From NCBI GenBank assembly GCA_964405825.1, contig CAYOPI010000003.1, positions 33,180-97,179 of the forward strand: a stretch of 64,000 bases of DNA, in the 5' to 3' direction. The stretch comes from an uncultured Opitutales bacterium (lineage in GTDB: Bacteria > Verrucomicrobiota > Verrucomicrobiia > Opitutales > JBHJGM01). Made by a program: the position numbers and the translations under genes. How positions within the stretch are numbered: the first letter of the stretch is position 1; the number at the start of each line of letters is the position of its first letter. Positions 52,842 through 62,418 of this stretch are shown in pieces. The notes beneath the pieces were generated by a model. The model was not told the origin of the DNA. It saw only the letters and a list, made by a program, of their open reading frames with translations, and did no database searches.

Positions 52842-55064
52842 TCAGGACTTCTTCGCGTAGTACGAGCGGTACTCGCTTTCACGGTTGGCCCCGTAGCCGT
52901 GATAGCCGTAGTAGGCCGACATCCGCCCGTTGGGCAGACCGTTGAGCAAGACCCCTTCGAGGTTGTGGCCGGCCTCGTGAATTTTCTCCAGGAAGTGACG
53001 TACGCGGAACTTGTTCACCTTGCGGAAACGGCAGACGTAGATGACCTCGTCGACGAAGGGCTTGAGCAGCAGGGTGTCCGGGAAGACTCCCACCGGCGGC
53101 GTGTCGAGGATGATCAGGTCGTAGTGGTTGCGCAGCTGGTCAAAGAGCCCCTTCAGCCGCGGATTGCTGAAGAATTCGGTGGGCTGCTTGTCGACGCCGC
53201 CCGAGGGCAGGAAATGCAGGTTCTCGGTGACCTCGTGAACGCCCAGCTCGGCCTCCTGGGCCACGTCGGGGCCGGCGTCCTTGCCCGCCTTGAGCCAGGG
53301 GAGAATGCCGGTGGAATTGTCGAGCCCGTGGTAATGGTGCTGGCTGGGACCGCGAAAGTCCACGTCGGTCAGCAGCACGCGCCGACCGTGCCGGGCAAAG
53401 GTGTAGGCCAGGTTGCTTGCGACCAGCGACTTGCCCTCCGAAGGCACGGTGGAGGCCACCAGCACGATTTTCGGGAACTCCACCCGTGTGCACAGCTCCA
53501 TGCGCCCGTAGAGGCCACGAAAGGCCTCGCAGAGCGTGGGCTGATTGTTGCTCGCGGCCACGTGGGGGCGCTTCTTGCGGTTCACACTGTCAAAGCGCGG
53601 AATCTCGCCCAGCAGATTGGTCCCCAGAAACTCCTCGATCTCCCACTGCGTCTTCAGGCGGGTGTCGAGCAGGCCCAGGCCCACCGGCACCAGCACCAGC
53701 GACAGGAAACCGGCCATGACTGCCCAGATCGCCTGCTTTTCCAGGTTGGGCTCTTCCGGGTCGCCGGGCATCCAGGCGTTGTCGTGAATGCTCAGGTGGC
53801 GCGGACGCAGGTTGGCCTCGACGTTGGCGTCTTCGAGGCGTTCGGTCAGCCGGGCCAGAGCAGCTTCGGTGTTGACCGCGTCGATCTGCAGCGACGCCAG
53901 CTTGCTGTCGAGGTTCTCCAGCTTGAGCTGCTCGCGTTCGGCCTCGGCCAGTTCAACGCGCAGGCGGCCCACGCGCTCGGTCATCAGCCGTTTATTGACT
54001 TCCAGCGTCTTGGCCACGTCGTTGATGTTGTCCTCGATAATCTCCTGCAACGAGGCGATCCGCTCATTGACCTCAATCATGCGCGGATGCCGGTCGAGGT
54101 AGCGCTGCTCCAGCTGCTGGCGGTCGGCCTCCAGTTGCTGCAGCTGGGTGACGTTGGGGGCCACGTTCGGGTGCGTTGCGATGGCCTCCAGCTGGGTCAG
54201 GTCGCGGTTGTCCTCGCGGTAGGCCTTGATTTCGGAAAGCACGTTGACGGCGTTGAGAATCTCCGCGTCGGCCTCGATCACGCGGCCGCTGAGGTCACGC
54301 ACGCGCTGGGTGATCACGCTGGAAAACTCGCCCAGGCGATCGACCATCGCGTTCTGCTCGCGGAAGTCCTGGATGCGTTTGCGGTTGTCCTCCAGCTCCT
54401 GCTCCTTCTCGCGCTTGCTCGCGCGCAAATCCAGCACCGCCCCGCGCAGGTCTTCGCTCATCAGGTCGTTGTGGTAGTCGATGTACTTTTCGGCGATGCG
54501 GTCGGCCAGCATCGCTGCCAGCTCCGGGTCCCGGTGCATCATCCCGACCTGGATCAGCAGCGAGTCGTCGGAGCGAATCTGCACCTGCATGCCCCCGTGA
54601 ATGATCGCCGCGGCCTCGGGCACCTGGTTGGGCTTTTCCGGATCGATGTACAACTGAATGACCGAGTCCAGTTCCTCCTCGGTGAAGAAAGGCATCAGGT
54701 AGCTGAAGAACTTGCGGCTGCTCAGGCGCGAGACGTGTTTGTTCAGCAGCAGCTCGGCATCGTTGGACTCGGCAAAAAGTCGTTCGGAAGGCAGGACGTT
54801 TTCCTCGGAGGTCTGAATCTCCAGGGTGGCCTCGGTGTAGTAGACCTCCGTCTTGCTCAGCTCCATGAAGACGAGCGCGTTGACCAGAATGATCGCCACA
54901 AGCAGGCCCCAGTGCCACCGCTCGCGGAACATCAGAAAGTAGTCCCGCGGCGAACGCAGCACCATGTTCTGCACGCCAAACTCGCCCGAACGCTGCGAAG
55001 CACCCCTGCCGCCGGCAGCGTAGCCGGCGTTCGGGCGGTAAGGGTCTTCAGGCACTTGGCTCAT
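52842..55064 (-). CDS. Polysaccharide co-polymerase / tyrosine autokinase (Wzc/GumC/EpsG-type)
   Basis: Wzz-like N-terminus with a TM, a long periplasmic coiled coil and a second TM (WAVMAGFLSLVLVPVGLGLL). The CpsD-like ATPase has Walker A STVPSEGKS, then DVDFRGP and ILDTPPV. The C-terminal Tyr cluster is SAYYGYHGYGANRESEYRSYYAKKS. Confidence 0.9.
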   Translation of the reverse strand: MSQVPEDPYRPNAGYAAGGRGASQRSGEFGVQNMVLRSPRDYFLMFRERWHWGLLVAIILVNALVFMELSKTEVYYTEATLEIQTSEENVLPSERLFAESNDAELLLNKHVSRLSSRKFFSYLMPFFTEEELDSVIQLYIDPEKPNQVPEAAAIIHGGMQVQIRSDDSLLIQVGMMHRDPELAAMLADRIAEKYIDYHNDLMSEDLRGAVLDLRASKREKEQELEDNRKRIQDFREQNAMVDRLGEFSSVITQRVRDLSGRVIEADAEILNAVNVLSEIKAYREDNRDLTQLEAIATHPNVAPNVTQLQQLEADRQQLEQRYLDRHPRMIEVNERIASLQEIIEDNINDVAKTLEVNKRLMTERVGRLRVELAEAEREQLKLENLDSKLASLQIDAVNTEAALARLTERLEDANVEANLRPRHLSIHDNAWMPGDPEEPNLEKQAIWAVMAGFLSLVLVPVGLGLLDTRLKTQWEIEEFLGTNLLGEIPRFDSVNRKKRPHVAASNNQPTLCEAFRGLYGRMELCTRVEFPKIVLVASTVPSEGKSLVASNLAYTFARHGRRVLLTDVDFRGPSQHHYHGLDNSTGILPWLKAGKDAGPDVAQEAELGVHEVTENLHFLPSGGVDKQPTEFFSNPRLKGLFDQLRNHYDLIILDTPPVGVFPDTLLLKPFVDEVIYVCRFRKVNKFRVRHFLEKIHEAGHNLEGVLLNGLPNGRMSAYYGYHGYGANRESEYRSYYAKKS

Positions 55065-55089
55065 CGGGATGCGGTGAGGTGAAGACAGG

Positions 55090-55851
55090 TTAAATGACCC
55101 GTTCGTACACGTAAACCAAATCCCCCGGCATCAGGAAAAACGGCTCGTAGTCGGCGGCGCCCCGGCGGCCTTTGACCTTGTCGTTGACGTCGCGAATGAA
55201 GACCTCCTCGGTGCCGTCGTCCAAGGTACGCGAAATGGCGATCTTGCGCAGGTTGGCTTTTTCGGTGAACCCGCCCTGGCGCAGGATGGCGTTGATCAGC
55301 TCGATCTTCTCCTCCTCGGGCTTGAAGACGACGTCGCCCGGACGCGCGACAGCTCCGGAAATCTGCACAAAGCGCGGCGCGTACTCCATGATCGCCACGC
55401 TGACCATCGGGCGGCGCAGGTAGCGTTCCTCGACAAAGCGGCTCTCCAGATGCTGCTCGGCCTGGCGTGCGGTCATGCCGGCCACTTCAACCGTGCCCAG
55501 GAACATTACCCGAACCCGTCCGGCACGGTCGATTCGCTGGGTGGTGCCGATCTCGGGTTCCTCAAAGACTTCGATGGTGATCTGGTCCTGGGGGCGCAGC
55601 TTGTAAGCGCGCGCGAGGCGTTCGCGGCGCAGTTCCTCCTCGGTGGCGCCGGGGCGATCTTCGTCCGCGGCGTTGGCCTGGGCGGCGGGCACGGGGGCCA
55701 CTTCGTCACCGAGCCGGGGGGCCGACGACAATCGTGCGTTCTGGGCGAGCAGGTTCGAGGGTACCGCCGCGGCCAGCAGCAGGCTCAGGCACAGCAGCCG
55801 TATGCAGTTCAAGGGCATTTCAGGTTGGGTTGGTTTGAGGTGACTGAACAA
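55090..55851 (-). CDS. Polysaccharide export outer-membrane protein (Wza family: Poly_export plus SLBB)
   Basis: Signal sequence, then YKLRPQDQITIEVFEEPE.......ID..G.V....LG.V.VAGMT..Q.E..L, and an SLBB-like region V.ISGAV.RPG. Confidence 0.85.
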   Translation of the reverse strand: MFSHLKPTQPEMPLNCIRLLCLSLLLAAAVPSNLLAQNARLSSAPRLGDEVAPVPAAQANAADEDRPGATEEELRRERLARAYKLRPQDQITIEVFEEPEIGTTQRIDRAGRVRVMFLGTVEVAGMTARQAEQHLESRFVEERYLRRPMVSVAIMEYAPRFVQISGAVARPGDVVFKPEEEKIELINAILRQGGFTEKANLRKIAISRTLDDGTEEVFIRDVNDKVKGRRGAADYEPFFLMPGDLVYVYERVI

Positions 55852-55887
55852 GTAAACAGGCCCCGATGCAGGCCTCTGCGGCCGGGG

Positions 55888-57042
55888 TTAAAAGCGGTAG
55901 ACCGTCGAAGCGTTGGCAAAGTGCCGATCAAATTCGCTGGTCACCAGATCCGAGTCCCGATTTTCGTAGGTATACCCTCCAGTAATCGACCAACGATCCG
56001 TAGCCTGAAATTCCACGATGGCTCGGGTGAAGATGGCATCGTCGGTCCGGTTGACGTTGACAAAGTCATCCTGCTCGTAACCGACCTCGACGCGGACGAT
56101 GGTGCGATTCCCAACCTCCTGAATAACAAAGAGACTCACACTTGTCTCGACGCTGGAGGTATCGTCTGGAGCCAGGTCGATGTCGCGGGCGGCCTGCAGG
56201 CCCACCTGCGTGCGCACCCGCGCCTGCCAGACGGCCGAGCCGTCGATCACAAAAATGGTCTCGTCGGCCCCGTTGCCGGTGGAGTTGTTGACTGTGCGAA
56301 AACCAAAGCCGATATCCAGCTCCAGCTTGCTGAAGAGCCCCTCGGGCACCAGCTGGCCGTTCAGGCCGAAGAGGAAGGCGATGTTGTTGTTGGTCAGTTC
56401 GCCAGAGGCGGTGGTGCCTTCGGTGGTCTGCCGCTCCAATTCAACCCCTGCAAAACCCCCGATTTGACCGATGATCTCGGTCAGCACCAGTTCATTTCGC
56501 CATGTGTACTCGGTGTTCTGGCTGAAATTCTCCGGATCATCGAAGGAGAATCCCGCGGCCGTGGTGAAGGCTATCTTGGGGCGAAACTGGTAGGTCAGCT
56601 CCCCGAGGACATCGATGCTGAAGGTTTCCAGGCGCTGGTTGACCTGGCTGTCGCTCCGGGTGGTCTGGGAAAGGCCGGCGGTCAGGCTGCCCGTCAGCGG
56701 CGAGCCCACCAGAGGCAGCTGCGCCGAGCCCTCCAGGCCCCAGTTGATCGTGTCGTTGCCCTCGTCCTCGACGAATTCCTGATAGTCGAGGAAGCCCGAA
56801 ACGGTCAGCTCGGTGCGCGTGTCGGGCCGGATGTACTCAAAGCCCGGGCCGATCAGAAAGGCAAAGTCCTCCTCGCCGGTGTTGGAGCTGTCGACGTTGG
56901 AATCGTATTCCACGCCGGCGCGCACATCGACGTAGAACTCGCCCCCCAGGATTCGAGCCAGGCCGAAGCCGGACAGCGGACAAAGAACCAGAGCCCCGCC
57001 GGTCAGCAACGGGGTCAACAGTGAGCGCAAGGGATAAGTCAT
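55888..57042 (-). CDS. Outer-membrane beta-barrel protein (EPS-locus associated)
   Basis: From the ATG at 57042 (MTYPLRSLLTPLLTGGALVLCPLSGFGLA, a signal). The sequence shows alternating amphipathic beta-strand patterning throughout and a terminal aromatic signature ..ASTVYRF. It lies between the priming transferase and wza. Confidence 0.65.
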   Translation of the reverse strand: MTYPLRSLLTPLLTGGALVLCPLSGFGLARILGGEFYVDVRAGVEYDSNVDSSNTGEEDFAFLIGPGFEYIRPDTRTELTVSGFLDYQEFVEDEGNDTINWGLEGSAQLPLVGSPLTGSLTAGLSQTTRSDSQVNQRLETFSIDVLGELTYQFRPKIAFTTAAGFSFDDPENFSQNTEYTWRNELVLTEIIGQIGGFAGVELERQTTEGTTASGELTNNNIAFLFGLNGQLVPEGLFSKLELDIGFGFRTVNNSTGNGADETIFVIDGSAVWQARVRTQVGLQAARDIDLAPDDTSSVETSVSLFVIQEVGNRTIVRVEVGYEQDDFVNVNRTDDAIFTRAIVEFQATDRWSITGGYTYENRDSDLVTSEFDRHFANASTVYRF

Positions 57043-57181
57043 CTGTGTTTGGCGACAGTTTGCAATCCGGGGATGCCGGCGGCGGCTGAAGCCTGCTTGC
57101 GGCAAGGACATTCCCCGAGAATCGTTTATTGCCGGCGCACCCTAAGTGTCAATGGCGCGTGGCCGCGGCGTACCGGCGTTC

Positions 57182-58594
57182 TCAATACGCAGTCTTGGGC
57201 GGGAAGAGGATCTGGCGAATGGTCTCCAGCACGATCTTGAAGTCCAGGGTGATGGACCATTCGTTGATGTACTCGATGTCGTAGCGAATGCGCCGCTCCA
57301 GCAGCGCCAGCTCGGAAATCTCGCCCCGGAAACCCTTGCTCTGGGCCAGCCCGGTGATGCCCGGCTTGACGAAGTGGCGCGTGTAGTAATTGCGCAGCTT
57401 GCGGCTAAACTCCTCGTCGTGCTTGAGCAGGTGCGGACGCGGCCCGGCCACGCTCATGTCTCCCAGCAGCACGTTGATGAACTGGGGCAGCTCATCCAGG
57501 CTGGTTTTGCGCAGAAACGAGCCGAAGGGATACACCCGCGGGTCATCCTTGGTGGCCTGCCGTGAGGTGGCGCTCTCGTCCTGCTTGAAGTCGAACATCG
57601 TGCGGAACTTGATGATGTTGAAGGTCCGCTTGCTCATGCCCGTGCGCGGCTGGGTGTAAAAGAGCGAGCCGGGGGCCTGCTTGCGCTGGAACCACCAGAC
57701 CATCGCCACCAGCGGCGGCAGCACGAAAGCCACGATCGGCAGGGAGAAAGCGATGTCGAAGACGCGCTTGATGTAGCGGTTGACCGGGTTCTCCAGGGGC
57801 TCCTCCGTCAGCGTGTAGAAAGTGTAGTTGCCCTCCTGGTTGACCAGCATGGGGTGGTGGAACTCTTCGGCCAGGTCGCTGCAAATCTGCAGGCGGCAGC
57901 CAAACCGCTGGGACGTCCGCATAATCGAACGCGCCTGGGCGCGCGGGATGTACTGCGCCAGCAGGATGATCTGCGCAATGGAATGCTCGCGGATGTAGCT
58001 CTCGACTTCGGAGGGATCGCCCAGAATGGGCAGTTTCTGACGGTCCTCGTCGGTCAGGTCCTCATCGCGGGCAAAAATACCCACCGGCTCGACCCCGAGG
58101 TTGGACTTCTTGTCCACCCAGTTGCGCAGGCGCTCGAGGTTGTGGGGACTGCCGATGAAGACGGTCGAAACCTTGCTGGCCTTGAAAACGCGCCGCGCGA
58201 TGAAGCCGGGCAGGTAGCGGTTGCCGATGAAGAACATCAGGATCTCCATCGCGATGAAGGAAACCAGGAAGAACCGGCTGATCTCGGTGCCGCCACGCAC
58301 CAGCGCATACACCAGCACGAGCACCGCCAGTCGCAGGCCCTGTTGCTTGGTCACGGAAAAGGCCTGCACCCAGGTCAGGCGAAGCATCGATTCGCCCCAG
58401 CGCGAGTAGGCGCGGAAGCTCAGGAAAGTCGCCCCGAGGAAGACCAGCGCGTAATCCCACACCCGCGTCTCCTCCACGTTGATGTAGCCGGTGACGTCAA
58501 AGATGGCCAGCCACAGGTTGAAGACAGCCCCAACCAGAAGGGTCATCCAGAGACAGTGGAGGGCAATGACGCCTTCCTGGCGGTTTTTCAGCAT
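57182..58594 (-). CDS. Exopolysaccharide priming polyprenyl-phosphate glycosyl-1-phosphate transferase (WbaP/EpsB-like)
   Basis: N-terminal TM bundle, a central Rossmann-like linker, and a C-terminal bacterial sugar-transferase domain (KR.FDI.FS......L.P......W......GS.FY.Q.R.G......FNIIKFRTM ... [21 protein letters not shown]). Confidence 0.9.
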   Translation of the reverse strand: MLKNRQEGVIALHCLWMTLLVGAVFNLWLAIFDVTGYINVEETRVWDYALVFLGATFLSFRAYSRWGESMLRLTWVQAFSVTKQQGLRLAVLVLVYALVRGGTEISRFFLVSFIAMEILMFFIGNRYLPGFIARRVFKASKVSTVFIGSPHNLERLRNWVDKKSNLGVEPVGIFARDEDLTDEDRQKLPILGDPSEVESYIREHSIAQIILLAQYIPRAQARSIMRTSQRFGCRLQICSDLAEEFHHPMLVNQEGNYTFYTLTEEPLENPVNRYIKRVFDIAFSLPIVAFVLPPLVAMVWWFQRKQAPGSLFYTQPRTGMSKRTFNIIKFRTMFDFKQDESATSRQATKDDPRVYPFGSFLRKTSLDELPQFINVLLGDMSVAGPRPHLLKHDEEFSRKLRNYYTRHFVKPGITGLAQSKGFRGEISELALLERRIRYDIEYINEWSITLDFKIVLETIRQILFPPKTAY

Positions 58595-59019
58595 GCGTCA
58601 GGGAAGAGGGAGAGCAGTCATGATACCGGATTAGCGTCGCGCCCACAAGCAGGCGGGACGCCACCATCCTATCGGGTTCGCCCTGATCGCGTTTACGGCT
58701 TTCCCGGCAAGGCAGGCAAAAAGATGCAGTGGCCCGGATCGGGGAATCCCTCAGCGATGAGCCCTCATGTAACCGCTGAGCCCTCAAGCCTGATGAAAAC
58801 GCGTTCGCGTTGAGAACAGCTTCCCGTCAGGGGCACTTTGAGAAAATCCCCGATGGGTTCAGGGACTTGGGATTTCGCAAAACCCCACGCACGGGTTCCA
58901 ACGCGGAAAAAAAGCTTTCCTCCGAGGGCCATAAACGGTACTTATTCACACGAAACCCGTGTGTATCTTTTCCCCCATCCATAATTCCCGGCGGCCCCAA
59001 CCGCGTCGGGGAATGCCCG

Positions 59020-62000
59020 ATGAAGCCACGAACTCCCTGGCCCCAGCACACCCCCAACGGAGCGCCCCCCGCGACTCCAGCGGCTGAAGCCGCCCTTGCA
59101 GCAGTTCTGAACGGAAATGCAGGCTCCCTTCTGGGAACCTGCGCCGCGCAGGTCTGGCAGCTCGACGGGTATGCCCGCATCACGGGATGCAACGAAACGG
59201 CGATGGTCTCCAGCGGCCTTTCCAACGAGCGCTTGCTGGAGAAGAGCTTTGACGCGCTCCCGGCCCTCATCGACGGCGCCGCCCTGCACGAGGCCAACCT
59301 GCGGGTGGCCGTCAGCGGTCAGCCCCTGCTCGACCAGGAAGGCCGGCTCTTTGGCGGCACCAACGCCCGTCCGTGGCGCCTGGACCGCCTCCCCCTCTTC
59401 GACGCCGAAGGCCAGCCCAGCGGTCTGCTGCTGATCGCCCATGATACCGTTGGCAGCATCGAAGCCCGCCGCCTGCTCGAGGAGAAGGAGCACCGCCTGG
59501 AGATGGCCCTGCACGGGGCGGAAATCAGCACCTTTGACTGGGAGATCGACACCGACCTGATCCACCTCGACCCGCAGGTGGCGACCATTCTGGGCCTCGA
59601 TCCGAAGTCCGGCCCGATCAGCCGGCAGAACTTCGACCGCTTCTTTGACGACGAGAGCCTGCACCGCCTGCGCGAGCGTTTCTTTGAACACGCCCTGGGA
59701 CGCGCCGACAGCATCGAAACGGAGTTGTCCGGGCACAACGCGCAGGGCCGTCCGTACTGGCTGCGGCTGCGCGCGCGCATCGTCCAGCGCGGTCCGCACG
59801 ACGGCGAGGCCGTGCGCGTAAGTGGGATTCTGCAGAACGTGACCCAGACGCGCAGCGCCCAGCAGCGCCTGGTCCTGCTGCAGGAGGCCGTCGAGCACGG
59901 GCCCTCCTCGGTCTTCATCACCGACAGCGCGGGCCACTTCGATTACGTCAACGAGAAGTTCTGCGAGGTGACCGGTTACGAACCCGAGGCGATCGTGGGC
60001 GAGAGCCCGATGATTCTCGACGCGGGCACGCAGGAGTCGGCGGTCTACGAGCACCTCTGGAAAGCGCTCCAGCAGGGCCGCACCTGGAACGGCGAACTGC
60101 ACCGCAAGCGCAAAGACGGCACCCTGTTCTGGGAGCACGTATCCATCTGTCCGATCAAGGACGAGCAGGGCCGCATCACCCATTTTGTCGGCACGGCCAA
60201 GGACATCACCGAGCGCAAGGCCCGCGAGGCGAAGATGGCCGAGGCCCGCCGCTCGGCCGAATCGGCCAACCGCGAGAAGACGCAGTTCCTGGTCAACATC
60301 AGCCACGAGATCCGCACCCCGCTCAACGGTATCCTCGGCATGACCGAGCTGCTGGGGGAATCTCCCCTGCGGCCCGAACAACGCAAGTTTCTGCGCTCCA
60401 TCCAGTACTCCGGCCAGGCCCTGCTTTCGCTGATCAACGATCTGCTGGACCTCTCCAAGATCGAAGCCGGCATGATGGAGTTCGTCGAACAGCGCTTCGA
60501 CCTCTCGCGGATGGCCAGCGAGGTCTGCGCGCTGCTGGCGACCAACCTTTCGTCCAACGACGTGGACATGGTCGTGCGCTTTGCCCCCAGTGCGCCGCGC
60601 TGGGTCCTGGGCGACCCGCTGAAGCTGCGCCAGATCCTGGTCAACCTGGTTGGCAACGCGGTCAAGTTCACCAAGCAGGGCCACGTCTTGCTGGAAATTC
60701 AGTGCGAGGATTGCAACGCACAGCGGGGCAACTTCACCTTCCGCGTCGAAGACACCGGCATCGGCATCGACAAGGCGTTTCTGCCGCGGCTCTTCGACAA
60801 GTTTACGCAGGTTGATCCGTCGCTCACGCGCTTGGGCAGCGGCACCGGCCTGGGTCTGTCGATCACCCGGGAATACGTCCGGCGCATGGGCGGTGACCTG
60901 ACCGTGCAGAGCGAGCGCGGGGTGGGTTCGACGTTTTCGTTCACCCTCTCCCTGCCCTACGACGCCGAGAACCGCTCGGAGCTGGAAGCGCCCGCCTCCT
61001 TGCGCGGCACCAGTCTGCTGCTGATCGACCGCTGCAAGCCCGAGGCCGCTGCCATGCAGCAGGTCGCCGACTGGCTGGGCATCATGCTGATCCCCGTCCA
61101 CGACTTCGAGGAGGCCCGCGCGGCGTTGGTTGAACGCCCGGCCCTCGACGCTGTCGCCGTGGACGCCCACTGCCTTGAGAACGGCGGGGCCGAGCACTTT
61201 CAGGAGCTGCTGGAGCTTCCCGCGCTGGCCCAGGCCGAGTGCTTCCTGCTCGACCGCCTCGGCACCAACGGCGGCGTGCAGCTTCCCGGCCTGCATTGGG
61301 AAGGCGTCCTGACGCGCCCGATCACCGCGGAGGCCTTCACCCTGACCTTGGCGCCCGAGACCCGCGAAAAAGCCGCCCGCGGCGAAAGCAAGGGTCTGCC
61401 CGGCGTCAATGGTACCCGGCGCACGCCTGGCAACCGCCCACGCTTCGAGGCGCGCATTCTCCTGGCCGAGGACAACGCGGTCAACCGCGAGACCGCCACG
61501 CGAATGCTCGAGATTCACGGCTGCGAGGTCGTCACCGCCGTCAACGGTGCCGAAGCCGCCCGACTCGCCCTGGCCAGCGAATTCGATCTGGTCTTCATGG
61601 ATGTGCAGATGCCGGAGGTTGACGGTTTCATGGCCACACGGCTGATTCGCGAGGGGTCCAACGGACGCCGTCCCCCGCCAATCATCGCGATGACCGCCAA
61701 TGCCATGCTCGGTTACGAACGCGTCTGCCGCGAGGCGGGCATGACCGACTATGTCGCCAAGCCAATCACGCTGGACTGCGTGGGCGACTGCCTCGAACGC
61801 CACCTGGGCCAGAAAGGCAAGATCCTGACCGAACCTCCGGTGGAGGACCACGGCCTGGACTTTGACCCGGCGCAGACCCACGCCGGGGCGACCGCGCGCA
61901 ACCTGCCCTTCTCCCCGCAGATCCTGCACGAGGTGGCCGGCGGCGAACCCGACATGCTGCGCCACCTGCTGGGCACGCTGCTGGAGAGCTACCGCGGCGA

Positions 62001-62256
62001 CCTCGAGTCCATCGAGCAAGCCTGGCAGTCCGGCGACCTCGACGGCCTCTCCAGGGGTGCCCACCGCCTCCATGGCACCGCCCTCAACATCGGCGCGCCC
62101 CGTCTGCAGGAACAGGCCCGCCGCCTGGAAGCCGCCGCCCGCGGCACGCTCGAAAGCGTCTACCCGCACTGGCCGGAGTTCTCCAGCGTGGCCCACCAGA
62201 CGCTCCGTTCCATTGAAACCTACGACTGGCACCCCGACGGCCCGCCCGAGAACTAG
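59020..62256 (+). CDS. Unorthodox hybrid sensor histidine kinase (PAS x ~3, HisKA, HATPase, degenerate REC, REC, Hpt)
   Basis: From the ATG at 59020. PAS/PAC blocks are present (for example NGELHRKRKDGTLFWEHVSICPIKDEQGRITHFVGTAKDITERK). The H-box is FLVNISHEIRTPLNGILG, the N-box LVNLVGNAVKFT, and the G-boxes DTGIGI and GTGLGLSI. A receiver-like segment lacks the acidic pocket (LLLIDRCKPE...). A canonical REC follows (ILLAEDNAVN...DLVFMDVQMPEVDG...AMTANA...KP), then Hpt (GAHRLHGTALNIGA). Confidence 0.88.
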   Translation: MKPRTPWPQHTPNGAPPATPAAEAALAAVLNGNAGSLLGTCAAQVWQLDGYARITGCNETAMVSSGLSNERLLEKSFDALPALIDGAALHEANLRVAVSGQPLLDQEGRLFGGTNARPWRLDRLPLFDAEGQPSGLLLIAHDTVGSIEARRLLEEKEHRLEMALHGAEISTFDWEIDTDLIHLDPQVATILGLDPKSGPISRQNFDRFFDDESLHRLRERFFEHALGRADSIETELSGHNAQGRPYWLRLRARIVQRGPHDGEAVRVSGILQNVTQTRSAQQRLVLLQEAVEHGPSSVFITDSAGHFDYVNEKFCEVTGYEPEAIVGESPMILDAGTQESAVYEHLWKALQQGRTWNGELHRKRKDGTLFWEHVSICPIKDEQGRITHFVGTAKDITERKAREAKMAEARRSAESANREKTQFLVNISHEIRTPLNGILGMTELLGESPLRPEQRKFLRSIQYSGQALLSLINDLLDLSKIEAGMMEFVEQRFDLSRMASEVCALLATNLSSNDVDMVVRFAPSAPRWVLGDPLKLRQILVNLVGNAVKFTKQGHVLLEIQCEDCNAQRGNFTFRVEDTGIGIDKAFLPRLFDKFTQVDPSLTRLGSGTGLGLSITREYVRRMGGDLTVQSERGVGSTFSFTLSLPYDAENRSELEAPASLRGTSLLLIDRCKPEAAAMQQVADWLGIMLIPVHDFEEARAALVERPALDAVAVDAHCLENGGAEHFQELLELPALAQAECFLLDRLGTNGGVQLPGLHWEGVLTRPITAEAFTLTLAPETREKAARGESKGLPGVNGTRRTPGNRPRFEARILLAEDNAVNRETATRMLEIHGCEVVTAVNGAEAARLALASEFDLVFMDVQMPEVDGFMATRLIREGSNGRRPPPIIAMTANAMLGYERVCREAGMTDYVAKPITLDCVGDCLERHLGQKGKILTEPPVEDHGLDFDPAQTHAGATARNLPFSPQILHEVAGGEPDMLRHLLGTLLESYRGDLESIEQAWQSGDLDGLSRGAHRLHGTALNIGAPRLQEQARRLEAAARGTLESVYPHWPEFSSVAHQTLRSIETYDWHPDGPPEN

Positions 62257-62418
62257 GCGCGGACCCGAACCGTACTTTTCGCGACATTGACCTGAGCGCT
62301 CCCCTGACCTACCCTGCTTAAACTGGCGCGCAATCTGCCGTTTCTGGATGAGCAGGCGCGCCCCTGACTCCGTAACCGCTGACTCTGCCCGCCAGCCTGC
62401 GACGCAGCACGCCCGAGC

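Noticed and set aside
58947-58963. Small inverted repeat CACACG-aaacc-CGTGTG about 55 nt upstream of the hybrid kinase start.
   Set aside because: The stem is only 6 bp, there is no second copy and I have no conservation information. It is too weak to call as an operator or attenuator.
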